This document shows, piece after piece, positions 1 to 12,371 of a stretch of DNA of 64,000 bases (positions are counted from its first letter, which is position 1; every line of letters begins with the position of its first letter). The position numbers and the translations under genes are program-made. Location of the stretch: assembly GCF_018350175.1 (NCBI RefSeq), contig NC_058368.1:92630001-92694000 (forward strand), written 5' to 3'. The notes under the pieces were generated by a model that saw nothing but the letters and a program-made list of their open reading frames with translations, had not been told where the DNA came from and made no database searches. Source of the DNA: Felis catus. Its lineage: Eukaryota.

Positions 1-670
1 AACACAGCAGTCATTTCTGGGATTTTCAGGTGACAGTCTGTTGAGTAGGATGTACTGTATGAAGCTGCTAACCACTGAGTTTTCTACTGACAAATTAACT
101 AGGGGATTTGCTCAGTCATTAACTGCTTGACTGGCTGTCTGAGAGCACAAACTGCTTTGGACTGATTCTTGGTGACAATCTTGTTAAGCGGTGACACATT
201 ATGTCTCTAATGTCTTCATTCTAGTATAAAATGCCCATATAGAGTCCATACAAAGGAAATGCCTTTATACGAGAACATAGTAATATTTCAGCAGTCAACT
301 TAAAAACTACCTTTGGATGTTACCCATGGAATGCTTCTGAATACCAGAGAAAGGGAAACACACTCACCACATAAAATAGACCCCACAGTACCTGAAAGGG
401 CAAAAATAAAACTTGGATCGATAAAATCCTTAAGAGGCCAAAATCTGGTGGTTCGCTTACACCCCACATCTGACCACGGTGATAATAAAAGGCAGGCACA
501 CGATGAGTTAGTTGTGTTCGTGCTTTTAAGTTTTGTAAAGACCACACAAGCCTTCATGCCTGCACCCAAGCGTCACCCTTCCCTTTGTACACCACTGGTC
601 ATGGAAGAGGCATCATAATTCTGAGAACTAGAATAATTTAAACATGCTTTTCTTCTATAGGTTGGTTCTT

Positions 671-892
671 TTTTTTAAATTTTTTTTTCAACGTTTATTT
701 TATTTTTGGGACAGAGAGAGACAGAGCATGAACGGGCGAGGGGCAGAGAGAGAGGGAGACACAGAATCGGAAACAGGCTCCAGGCTCTGAGCCATCAGCC
801 CAGAGCCTGACGCGGGGCTCGAACTCAGGGACCGCGAGATCGTGACCTGGCTGAAGTCGGACGCTTAACCGACTGCGCCACCCAGGCGCCCC
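671..892 (-). mobile_element. Young felid Can-SINE (SINEC_Fc-like)
   Basis: Full length, CpGs retained, perfect TSD TATAGGTTGGTTCTT at 656-670 and 893-907. Confidence 0.95.
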
Positions 893-937
893 TATAGGTT
901 GGTTCTTAATGTGTTGTTTTAATTAATTAATCTATGT

Positions 938-1088
938 TTTTTAAAGTTTATTTTTATTTACTTAGAATACTGAGAAGGCTCAGCACTTGTCAGCACAGAG
1001 CCCAATGTGGGGCTTGAACCCACAAACCGTGAAATCATGACCTGAGCCGAAGTTGGATGTTTAACTGACTGAGCCACCCAGGTGCCCC
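938..1088 (-). mobile_element. Can-SINE, internally deleted
   Basis: tRNA-like head (gagccacccaggtgcccc) and A-rich tail. Confidence 0.85.
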
Positions 1089-1574
1089 AATGGTTATTTA
1101 AATGAAAAAAACCCTCAATTCTCTACAAAGACTAGTTGAACTACCTCCCTCATTTTGGAGGGTATTATAGAGAAATTGGTCTGTGTCAAGTGAAGGTGAC
1201 TTAGTTCATCATCTCTGAGTTGTTTCCTTTCTTCTGCGAGTACACACTTTGACTCTCCATTCGTTTTTTCCCCCTTTTCTCTTTTATCCCTTATCATAAG
1301 CTTCAGCATTTCTTTGTTTCTCATTCTTGTTCTTTCCCTTCCTATGTCATGTTTCCTCTAAAGGTAAAAGGATAGAAGCCCTTTCAGGGCTGGAGATATT
1401 CATTAGCCTTCGCCACTCAACCACCTTGACCAGCAACAGACCATTATTTGGTTCCTGTGTGTTGCTGTTGTAATGTTAGGCACTCGATATGTCTTATCTG
1501 TTATTTTTTTTCAGTAATCACAAACTATAGGTTTCATTAGCCCAATGGAAAGATTAAAGTGTACATCACAGGAA

Positions 1575-1917
1575 GAAAAATTTGTAACTCACTATGGTGT
1601 AACTTATTGTGGTGATCATTTCACAACATATGCAAATATTGAATCCTGGGGGTGCCTGGATGGCTCAGTCGGTTAAGTGTCCCACTCCTGATTTCTGCTC
1701 AAGTCATGATCTCACGGGTTTGTGAGATTGAACCCCATGTTGGGCTTCAACCCTGACAGTGAGAAGCCTGCTTGGGATTCCGTCTCTGCCTACCTCTCTC
1801 TCTCCCAAAATAAATAAATAAACATTAAAAAAAAACCCACAAATATCAAATCCTTATGTTGTACACCTGCAACTAATAGAATGTTATATGTCAATTACAT
1901 CTCAATTTTAAAAAAAA
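1575..1917 (+). mobile_element. Old L1 3' end interrupted by a + strand Can-SINE (about 1650-1833)
   Basis: gtggtgatcatttcaca...tgttgtacacctg...tatgtcaattacatctcaa and poly-A; SINE inside. Confidence 0.8.
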
Positions 1918-2615
1918 GATTAAGAAAGGGAGATTCAGAGAGATTAAGTAACATTCTCAAAGTCAAACCAACAGGAAGTGATAGAGTTTAGATTTGAATG
2001 CAGATCTATTTGACCTCAATGACCAATCTTTTGAATTTGTAGATTTATATTCATTTCCAGTGAGGTCTAATCACATATGGCTATTACACATTATTGAGTA
2101 TTTGCTGTCCACCAGTCACCATGTTAGATATTCATGTATATTACTCTACTTAATTGTCATAGTAACCTTCTGCAGCAAGTATACATACCTCATTTAGGGG
2201 ACCTTTCTGTGGTCACCCAAGGAGGAAATGGCATTGCTTTTTAGAGTAATGTGCCACCAGATGCTAAATCTTGGACCAGTTTTCCAGGATAAATTTCATG
2301 CCCAGGACTAGACACACCCACATATGACCCTGACTGCGTCATCAGGAAATAGTGGACGCATGACAACCGTAAGCTCACACGTTGTATATTTCTGAAAAAA
2401 CTGTGTTCTTTCTGTTTGAGTTTGTTTCACAAAGGGCCCTTGCTATGTTGGCTTTTTCAGCGTCTTCAGTGACTCTGGCTAGTTCTGGCTTGCAATGGGG
2501 TGAAAAAGAAGACGGTGTCAGCCAAGTTATTTGAATACTAAATGTGGGTTTTCGTACTTCATCTTTGCTAATTGGTCTTTTCTACCTCAGAATCTAGCCA
2601 GGTGTTTCCTGGTAC

Positions 2616-2783
2616 TTTTTTTTTTTTTTTTTTGAGGAGTGGGAGAGAAAGAGAATCCCAAGCAGGCTCACTGCTGTCAGCGCAGAGCCCAAAACAGTGC
2701 TCAATCCCACCAACTGTGAGATTATGACTTGTGCTGAAATCCAGAGTCGGATGCTTAACGGACTGAGCCACTCAGGTGCTCCT
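2616..2783 (-). mobile_element. Can-SINE
   Basis: Poly-T, SINE body, TSD-like tcctggtac. Confidence 0.9.
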
Positions 2784-3559
2784 CCTGGTACCTTTAAATA
2801 ACACTTGATAACCTGGTACTCTCAGTACATCCTGCAATCCTATGACTGTAAGAAACTATTTATACATTTTTAAATGATGAATTTGGGGCCACAGGGTGTA
2901 TCTAGGAGCATTGTGGCAATAGCAAGTACTTTTTGGGAGCTGAATCTCACTGCTTTCTTTTACGGAAAAAGTGCCAGACAGAGGCACAGAAAACAATGAC
3001 ATTATATTCTAAAACTCTGAGAAATCAAACATGTATTGAACATGTTAACCATGGATTTCTTTGAAAAGCAATTTACTTTACAAATAGAGTTAAAATCCCA
3101 ACTGTCAAGTGCACTTCTTCATGCAGAAAATGCTTTGCGTTACTCTAGGTTTTGCCCCCAAAAGTCATTTTTTTTAAACCTGGCGACTGAATAGTTTAAA
3201 ATCATCTAGGTGCAAGTGGGCTGGTCTTAAATTATGGATGGACTTAACCAGGCATGGTTCATTTATATTGCACTTGCTTTTACTGGAGATCTGAACAGTG
3301 GGGAGCTGGTGGAAATGCTTACTCAGATAGTGGTCCCCCATACTAAAAGTTACTGGAGTCTTAACGCACAGTAAAATCTCACACAGGACTGTACAGGGCT
3401 GAGCTGCACAGCCCTGCTACTTACACAGCTCATTCCAGCTTTCTTCATTGCTACACAGTCCATTTATGGGCAAGCCATTCTCGTGGCTCTGGGGAGATCA
3501 GCACACAACCCAGTGAGTCTCAGAGCTGGAGATTCTTCTGGAACCCATAGGTTTCCAAA

Positions 3560-3735
3560 TGGATTTGAAACCTGGCTCACCCAATTTCCAGGTCTCTGAC
3601 CACAGGCAGGTCAAAGAGCCTCTTTAATTTTTGCCTCTTCCCCAGTTAAAGGGGATAGTGGTATGTATGGGGTTATCATAAAGATGTCCACAGTGCTGGA
3701 CAAGTAGCAAATGCTTAATAATTGGTAGCTGTGAT
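3560..3735 (+). mobile_element. MIR fragment
   Basis: Degenerate MIR core (gatttgaaacctggctc...aaatgcttaataattggtagct). Confidence 0.55.
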
Positions 3736-4624
3736 CACTGTCCACAGGCAGAGTTTCTATTTACTCTAACCTGGTTGCGATATCGCGCCATTATTAAATA
3801 TCACTTGAGACCAAGATTCCACTCATTTCTATGTAGCTCGTTTAACTGAGGTTTAAATTTGTTTTATCTTCCCATGTTAAAAAATGAAGATGAATTATCA
3901 TCGCCCTGCGAGGGAATCTCAAAAGTGAAGTCCTTCTTACAGGTAAAATGTTAAGTCATGCCCTGTAAAAACTTTTCAGGCAGTTTTAAAATGCCTGCAC
4001 ATAATTCCTTGAGAGTTAGACCCGCAGAGTTCTAAGGGTCTGGAATGGCACACTCGTGGTGCTGAGGTATGTCGGAAATAAACATAGTGGACGAAACACT
4101 GACTTTGAGCCAGTCTGTGTGCTTAGTAATGTGGATAAAAAAATAAGCGAGGCACCGTTCTCCACTGCTGTTGGGCTAGCTGGGGAATGCATTACTTAGC
4201 TCGTCACAAATTTAATGTGGATAATGAATACTCACTTCAAGTGTCTGACTTCCCCTTCTTTCCACCTTTGTTTGGTGGCCCCTCTATTTCTGCTCAGACA
4301 CCCATCAGTCTCCTATTCCCAAGCTATCCAAGGCCTGGAGAAAACTGGGGACTTTTCCTTTGTGTCCACCGTCTTAGCCCTCCCTTTCCCATCCCTTCCT
4401 GTCTCTCCCAGGGAGTTTGAAGGCAGGGCTAGAACCCTTCCTCAAAGCTGGCTGGCAAATGCCATAAGTCTAAAACACTTGATTGAATTTCCAGTGGTGA
4501 ATTTCTACCTCCACACACAGGCAACCCAGCAGACAGCCATTGGACACTGATCCTAAGGAAAGTGTGTTTCTCTGTATGGGCCCCATAGATCTGGTACCCC
4601 AAAGACTGCCTCTCCCCAGATTCT

Positions 4625-4836
4625 TTTTTTTTTAAATGTTTATTTATTTTTAAGAGAGAGAGAAAGAGCATGAGTGTGGGAGGGGCAGAGAAAGAAGGAG
4701 ACACAGAATCTGAAGCAGGCTCCAGGCTCTGAGCTGTCAGCACAGAGTCTGACGTGGGGCTCAAAGCCATGAACTGCAAGATCATGACCTGAACAGAAGT
4801 CTGACTGCTTAACCAACTGAGCCACCCAGGTGCCCC
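4625..4836 (-). mobile_element. Can-SINE
   Basis: Full length, TSD cctctccc(c/t)agattct. Confidence 0.92.
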
Positions 4837-5189
4837 TTCCTCTCCCTAGATTCTAATGAAGGTGAAGAACCGACTGAGCCACCCAGGTGCCCCTTCCTCT
4901 CCCTAGATTCTAATGAAGCTGTTCAAAATGGACAAATTTTTAGGACCCCTTTGTGTTGAAAGCCAATTATTGGTCATCTTTCTCTAAAGCTTTTGTGAAA
5001 TGAAAGATGGATCACTTTGTAAAAATGCTTTGAAATTTGGTTATTCTGGTTCTTTCTAGCTATAACATATTTCCCTCTTTATAGTAAAGACTGAAGAAGA
5101 GCCAGACTTGTCATTCTGGTGCTGGAATTGGAATTTGAAGGATTGGGAGGCTGGTGCTTGGAACCTGAAATAGAGTTTTAAAGAATTAT

Positions 5190-5420
5190 GGGGCACCTGG
5201 GTGGCTCAGTCAGTTGAGCATCCATCTTCAGCTCAGGTCATGATCTCGCGGTTTGTGAGTTTGAGCCCCGTGTCGGGCTCTGTGCTGACAGCTCAGAGCC
5301 TGGAGCCTGTTTCAGATTCTGTGTCTCCCTCTCTCTCTGCCCCTCCCCCGCTCATGCTCTATCTCTCTCTCTGCCTCTCTCTCTGTCAAAAATAAATAAA
5401 CATTAAAAAAATTTAAAAAA
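5190..5420 (+). mobile_element. Can-SINE
   Basis: ggggcacctgggtggctcag head, CT tract, A tail, TSD aaagaattat. Confidence 0.92.
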
Positions 5421-6154
5421 AGAATTATTACTCCTTTTTGTGTGTGAGCTTGTGATTTTCCATTGTATTCTTAGAGTGGTATAGTTGAGTGAAGAACTGG
5501 TTGGAGTAATGGACCCAGAGTTCTCTGGCTGGATAACTGGAAGCTTCCCAGTTGTCAGACTTCTGCTCTATCCAGATCCCCACAGAGGTCATGTGTTCTC
5601 AAAACAAAACCAAAAACCCAAAGGCCCCACATAACACTTGTGCTATCTTATAAAGCCTTAAAGCTGGCAGATAGGAAAAGAGAAAGGCAAGATTTAGAAA
5701 TACTCCAATTCAATGGCCTTCAAACTTTTAGGTTCACAAACCCCTAAAAGAATTCTGAAAAAAATTCACCCAGTTTTAGATTGGCATACAATTTTTTTTA
5801 TCATAAGTTTACGTAAATGCTAAAAGTGTGATTTCTGATGTTGCAAATATTGATGTTTAAAATTAAAGCATGGTTCTTTTCATGTATCCAGTAGAATATA
5901 AACACAACAGACATTTGATAGCCCCCAACATCCTTTAAAATATACATGAAAAACTAACAATTAGTCATTTTGTATCCCATGTTTCTGCTTGAAATTGCAT
6001 TTCCATTTTAACTTCCACACAGATTTTATCTTAATATACTATATTTCTGAAAGTCTTTCATTGATGTTGGTCATCCTCTTATACATTTCTGTAACTGTGT
6101 GTGTGCATGTGTAATTTTCAAAAGATTTGCTCTTACCATAGGTTCTAAGAATTA

Positions 6155-6195
6155 AAAAAATTATTAAGAAAAAATGTTTAATGTTTATTTATTTT

Positions 6196-6247
<52 letters not shown>

Positions 6248-6420
6248 CTTGAGCAGAGGAGAGGCAGAGAGAGAGGGAGACACAGAATCCAAAGCAGGAT
6301 CCAGGCTCTGAGCTGTCATGTCAGCAGAGAGCCCATTGTGGGGATCGAACTCACAAACCAAGAGATCATGACCTGAGCTGAAGTCGGACACTCAACCAAC
6401 TGAGCCACCCAGGCACCCCC
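6155..6420 (-). mobile_element. Can-SINE with expanded (GA)n
   Basis: TSD aagaattaa. Confidence 0.9.
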
Positions 6421-6929
6421 AAGAATTAACATTTTTTGAGTGAGTTATTACAATTATTATTAACACACGATCAAAACAATACTAATAATGCATACTGATA
6501 ATTATTAAGCACCATATTTTATTGAAAATATGTTTAATGAAGTGAATGGAGTATCCTGATTGAAGTTGCTGATGTTGAGTCCTAGATTTGGTGCCCTGGA
6601 GGTGTGCCTCAGAGAAGGCACACCAAATATTCTGGGCTGGTTGAGGGTATGCCTTTTTCTTATAGACTGGAAATAGAGCTGTAATAAAAGGTGGTGGGGA
6701 AGGGGAAGGAAGGTTAACTTCTCCAGCAGCTAAGCATTTCATAAACTACTCTGGTTTCCATTTGCTTGCACCTTTTTCATTCACTTACACATGTATTTAT
6801 TCGATACATACTTTGAAATAGGCTCTTTGTTTGGTCTGGGATTTGATAAAGACAAGAAGGTAGTTAAATTGACTGAACACTAACTTGGTTATTATGCTCA
6901 GAAGTCTTTTTTTGTTGTTGTTGTTTTTA

Positions 6930-7271
6930 TTTTTATTTTTTATTTATTAAAAAAATTCTTTTTAACGTTTTATTTATTTTTGAGACAGAGAGAGACAGAG
7001 CATGAACAGGGAAGGGTCAGAGAGAGGGAGACACAGAATCTGAAACAGGCTCCAGGTTCTGAGCTGTCAGCACAGAGCCCGATGCAGGGCTCGAACTCAT
7101 GGACTGCGAGCTCATCACCTGAGCCGAAGTCAGCCACTTAACCGACTGAGCCACCCAGGCGCCCGGTTGTTGTTGTTTTTAAAATTTAAGTCCTCTCTAC
7201 ACTCAACGTGGGGCTCAAACTCACAAACTCAAGGGTCTCATGTTCTACTGACTGAGCCAGCCATGCACCCC
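6930..7271 (-). mobile_element. Two Can-SINEs, one inserted in the tail of the other
   Basis: Inner TSD gttgttgttgtttt; outer TSD tgctcagaagtctt. Confidence 0.85.
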
Positions 7272-7504
7272 TGCTCAGAAGTCTTAATATGAAGGGGCTT
7301 TGATCTGAATTAAGCGTTGGAAGCATTTGCCCTGGAAGAGTAACTTCAGGCTGCAGGAATCAGCGACCAAGTTCTGTGCAGTGGCTGAAAATGGCTTTTT
7401 TAAAATTGTTATTTATCACAGAAGAGAATTTTTACCAAGACTCTTAATGGCTATCTGAATTAGTACTCTAAAGACTATTTCTTCTTCCCTGAAATGTCCT
7501 TTGT

Positions 7505-7778
7505 TTTTATTTGTTTGTTTTTTGTTCTTTTTTTTCAAGGTTTTATTTTATTTTTTGGGGAGAGAGAGAGAGCAAGTAGGGGAGGGGCAGAGAGAGAGGC
7601 AGAGAGAGAGAGGGAGGGAGAGTGAGAGAAAGAGAGAGAAAGAGAGAGAACCCCAAGCAGGCTCCACACTGCCAGTGCAGAGCCTGATGTGGGGCTCGAA
7701 TTCACGAACCATGAGATCATGACCCGAACCAAAATCAAGAGTCTGGGCGCTTAACCGACTGAGCCACCCAGCCGCCCC
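7505..7778 (-). mobile_element. Can-SINE
   Basis: TSD tgaaatgtcctt. Confidence 0.9.
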
Positions 7779-8599
7779 TGAAATGTCCTTCTTTGGACAC
7801 ATTAACTTGTATTCATTGAAAACAGCTGCAGTGCGGTATCCCTTCTCATGCTTAGCTACTCAATAGAGCAAGAGTAATACCATTCTTGCAAACACAGGTC
7901 TTTTTCTTCCAAGAACAGCATAGTTCTCTCCTATTGGCAAAACTCCCCAGAGCGAGGTCAGTGAGGAAAATATTCCCTATGGCTCAGTCCTTTGTGATGC
8001 CTTGTACTGGCCACCAAGTGTCACTCTTGCGCTTTTTGCTATTGAAAAAAAAATGTTTGCGCTGACAAAGGGCCACTTATTCTTTGTCCCAATCCTGATT
8101 CACAGATTCTAGCTCTAATTGCGGGTGGTTGCATCTTAACCAGCTTTCTTGTTTGACATCGATTTAGCAACTTGGCTTCGGCGATTTGGGTCCTGCTGTT
8201 TGGGTCAATGGCATGAAGACGAAATGGCTATGGTGCACTGATATGATGGATGTGGGCCTTTGTGGCCCATTCACCTATGCGAGCTGGGTTGCCCCTCACG
8301 TTTCTCATCTTGGAGACATCACTCTGACAATCCTCTATGCAGGTGACCATTCAGAGTCAATCATCTGTAGACTCCTGCTGATAGAAATGGAATGCTGGTT
8401 ATTTATAGCAGCAGAGCTGTATAATTTCAAAAGGGCAAAAAATGATTGTGAACGCAATTTTCTTACCTGTGTAAGACCAATTACCCAAGAAAAATATAGA
8501 GCATGCTATTGAGAAATGAATGTATTTTGATAAGAAAACACACTGTCCCAGAATCTCAATGACAAGATCCTGTAGCGTGGGGTGCTACATTCTATTAGC

Positions 8600-8787
8600 T
8601 TTTTTTAAAAAAAATATTTCTTTATTATGGTGGGGGGGCAGAGGCAGAGAGAGTGGGAGATAGAGGTTCTGAAGCAGACTCAGCACTGTCAGTGCAGAGC
8701 CTGATGCAGGGCTCAAACTCATGAACCATGTGACCATGACCTGAGCTGAAGTCAGATGCTTAACTGACTGAGCCACCCAGGCGCCCC
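8600..8787 (-). mobile_element. Can-SINE
   Basis: SINE body and head. Confidence 0.88.
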
Positions 8788-9514
8788 TGTCCAGTCTTTT
8801 AGGTTTTAAGCCTATAGGTTTGGGGGCTGGGGTGGAGTGAATAGAGTTGGAAGTTAGTAAAATAGATTTTCATAGTTGTTCATGTTAATACCAAGTCCAT
8901 CTGAGCTCATAGGTGGGAATATGCTTTTGATAAACAGGTACGCCAATGTTTCTGAAATGTATGTTTCTAGTTTTTGGTCAATAGATAGAAAGTGATATTT
9001 GAGCCCCTCTGTCAATGGGTTAATCACATTGCAGTTTTTTATATCCCTTCTCTGACCTGTAATTCATTAAGCAGGGCTGGAAGCCTCCGTATTGAATCCA
9101 ACCTGGTTTAATATGATCCAGGGCTATGACTGACAGATTCAGCTCTCAGCTTCCTGCAGCTCTCTGGTTCCTTGGAAGTTTCTCTTTACTGGGGCAAGCT
9201 GAAGTGAGTAAATTAAAACAAAGGGCCAGGATAAAATGGGGAACTGTGCCCACTGACACCCTCTCCTTCCAGATCCTATTCAGGAGGCATGACTTTTTCA
9301 TATTATGTACACGTCTCTTGGTTGCTCTACTAAAAGCAGGATCAGCATGTTCTAGCTAAGGGACTTGGAGTAAAGTGTCACTGGGTCTGTGGAAGCCACA
9401 TTGTGTCATGAAATGAGCAAGGACTTTGGATTTAGCCTCTAGTTCTGGTGCATCTTAACTCTATGACCTTAAGCAAGTATCTTAACTACTCTAAGACTTA
9501 GTTTGTATAGTTTT

Positions 9515-9700
9515 ATTTATTTATTTTTAAGAGAGGGCAAGTGTTAGCTGGGAGGGAGGGGCAGAGGGAGAGAGAATCTTAAGCAGGCTCCACACTTAGC
9601 ACAGAGCCCAATGTGGGGCTCGATCTCACAACCGTGAGATGATAGCCTGAGCTGAAATCAAGAGTCCAATGCTTAACTGACTGAGCCACCCAGGGGCCCC
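9515..9700 (-). mobile_element. Can-SINE inserted in a MIR
   Basis: TSD tagtttgtatagtttt; MIR-like flanks from about 9410. Confidence 0.88.
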
Positions 9701-10217
9701 TAGTTTGTATAGTTTTAAAATAAAGAGTAATAGTAGTATTTTTTCAGGGTAATGACTTCCAGGGTTATAATTAAAATGTGTGTGCATATTATTAGTATTT
9801 ATTATTTATTTTTTTGAGAGACACAAATATATATGTATAAAATATGTATAAGTGCTCAATAAAATGTTCAAACAGCTGGATGACAACAAATACTTTTTAG
9901 TCCCTTTTAGAATTTGCCAAGAGCCATATCCTCCACCAAATAAAACCAAAAATAAAAGATATTTAAAGTGCCCTGTTAGGTAACTATACTCCAGCCATTC
10001 AATGAAATGAAGGGGGATGGGTGTCCTGAGATAATAATTGTTAGTTGATGTATTAGTTTTCTATTGATGCTGTAACAGATTGCCACAAACTTAGTGGCTT
10101 AAAACAACAATTCTACAGAAAGTCAAAGTAAGTTAAATTAAGTGGCTTCAAGGAATAGATCCTCAAAGTGGTATTCCTAGATGACATTGCTTTTTATTTT
10201 GAAGAAGTAGAATCTCT

Positions 10218-10488
10218 CTTTTTTTGAATATAATTTTATTGACAAATTGGTTTCCATACAACACCCAGCGCTCATCCCAACAAGTACCCTCCTCCATGCC
10301 CATCACCCACTTTCCCCTCCCTCCCACCCCCCATCAACCCTCAGTTTGTTCTCAGTATCCAAGAGTCCCTTATGGTTTGCCTCCCTCCCTCTCTGTAACT
10401 TTTTTTCCCCTCCCTCCCTCCCCATGGTCTTCTGTTAAGTTTCTCAAGATCCTGCTAAGTGAAATAAGTCAGTCAGGGAAACAAGGAA
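10218..10488 (-). mobile_element. Short felid L1 3' end with 5' inversion
   Basis: L1 3' UTR antisense at 10220-10452, then about 30 nt of L1 in the opposite orientation; TSD tagaatctct. Confidence 0.85.
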
Positions 10489-10999
10489 TAGAATCTCTTT
10501 GAAGGTGGTGGGACAAGTGAGGAACAGGGTAATTAATCCACAGCACGTGGTGGAATCCTTGTTACTCAGGTTATCGCTGGTAGGATAGACTAAAGCAGGA
10601 ATGTGAAGTTTTGTCACTATAGCAACAAGGTGATGATAAAGATGGGAATCTTCAGTCTTCATATGGTCCTAGACAGTGTACATAGGGAAAACAAAAGGCC
10701 ATGAGCATTCAGTAAAGAACACACATGGGAAACCTGAAGGCCTCTATGAAAGCTTTGAAGGAATGCTTTGACTCCTAATGTTTCAGGGTAGCTGTGACTA
10801 CGGGCTGATCCCAGGACAGATTATAAGGGTCGCAGAGTTGACCTCACTGTCTCTTACACTAAAGTCAGGGCAGTGGAGGGGAAAAAGTGGGACCCTAAAA
10901 AATCGGATCCAGGTATTTGGGCTGATCTGGGCAAGACCAAAATGTCTTGAACCTCCCCTAAATTCCCTTTCTCTGTGGAGGAACTTCCATAAACGCCTT

Positions 11000-11228
11000 T
11001 CTTTTTATTTATTTATTTTTATTTTTTAAATGTGTATTTATTTTTGAGAGAGACAGCACATGAGTGGGGGAGGGGCAGCGAGAGAGAGGAAGACAGAGAA
11101 TCTGAAGCAGGCTCCGGGTTCTGGGCTGTCAACACAGAGCACGATGTGGGGCTCGAACTCATGAACCGCAAGATCATGACCTGAGCCAGAGTGGGATGCT
11201 TAACAGACTGAGCCACCCAGGCGCCCCC
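11000..11228 (-). mobile_element. Can-SINE
   Basis: TSD taaa(c/a)gcctttc. Confidence 0.9.
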
Positions 11229-11329
11229 GTAAAAGCCTTTCAATGACCGCATTTGAGGCACCTGTCTCCCAAACCGATGCCAGTTCCTTTCAGCACCCAT
11301 CCCTACCACCTCCAAGGCAGACACAAGAT

Positions 11330-11727
11330 TTAGAAATCAGCATAGCCAGGAAGCTTAAATGGAAGAGCTGCTCAGAGTGGAGATAGCCTATAGCCCAAAC
11401 CTGTGTAAGACTCAGCAATCTCTATCAAGAGGAGGAGCCTCGGGAGAATGCAGGAGGGAAATCTAAGGGTGTTTGAGCGAGGGGATGACATACAAGGATC
11501 AAATGGGCCAAATACCCATTGCTATGGGTGGACCATCAAGGCGTTAGGATTTGATGTGCTGGTTCAAGCACTTGGAAGGGATAGTTTGCATCGGCCAGGT
11601 TGGCACCTCTAAGCATAAACCCATCGATGGCGTGGACTTTTAAAGGTTGAGAAAAGAAATTTTCCCCAGAATACCTAGGAGGTGAGTCTGAAGACTTGGG
11701 GAAATGGATATGCTGAAATGATCTATT
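11330..11727 (+). mobile_element. Degenerate ERVL gag remnant
   Basis: Frameshifted peptides EIAYSP, SNLYQEE, GFDVLVQALG and RLGEMDMLK resemble ERV-L gag. Confidence 0.6.
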
Positions 11728-12371
11728 TGCAGCTCGCTAAGCCACTCTGTAGCTGTCTGCCGTAGAAGTGCCTAGAGTATGTTTTCTTTGCCAAGAGTTT
11801 AATACTTGCATTGCTCTTTGACAATAAAAGGACGTTTTTAGTTTTTAAATGTAATCTCTTACAACGGTAAAACTTCCTTCCTGAGTCCTCTTGTAAAATT
11901 TTCAAATAGCTTTTGTTAGAACGTTTGTCAAAACAAATTGTGCTCGTAATATTATAATGCATGGGAATTATTCAGAATACCAGACAGAACAGGATTTAAA
12001 ATTGATGGTCATAAATTATGATAGAAGCCAATGGCCTCATGTAAAAATGTCATGATTGCAATGCTCTCCTAGAAAATAAATCCTCAGTGACTTTTTTTGA
12101 TAGGTTGAACTTAAACGGTACATATTACAAAAGCTGCCTTTATTTAGATTTGGCCACTATCAATCAAAATGCTATGATTACTCTTCACTTTTTATTTTTT
12201 ATAATAATGCTTGACAATTGCATATTAATTTACTTTTCAAAATATTTTAACATGTTATTATTAATAGTATTATACATTAATATATTAAAATTATCTTATG
12301 TTATATCACACTTTATTTTTCAAATGCATAGGCATATAGTGATAATTTAATGGATATTCAGAAAGGAAATT

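Noticed and set aside
1..230. Possible minus-strand exon after ttttatactag
   Set aside because: The frame I translated stops after about 33 codons, the peptide is unrecognisable and there is no other support
4429..5395. Recurring MAQSV.../AQSLEPASDSVSPSLS ORFs across the window
   Set aside because: Translations of Can-SINE copies, not a gene family
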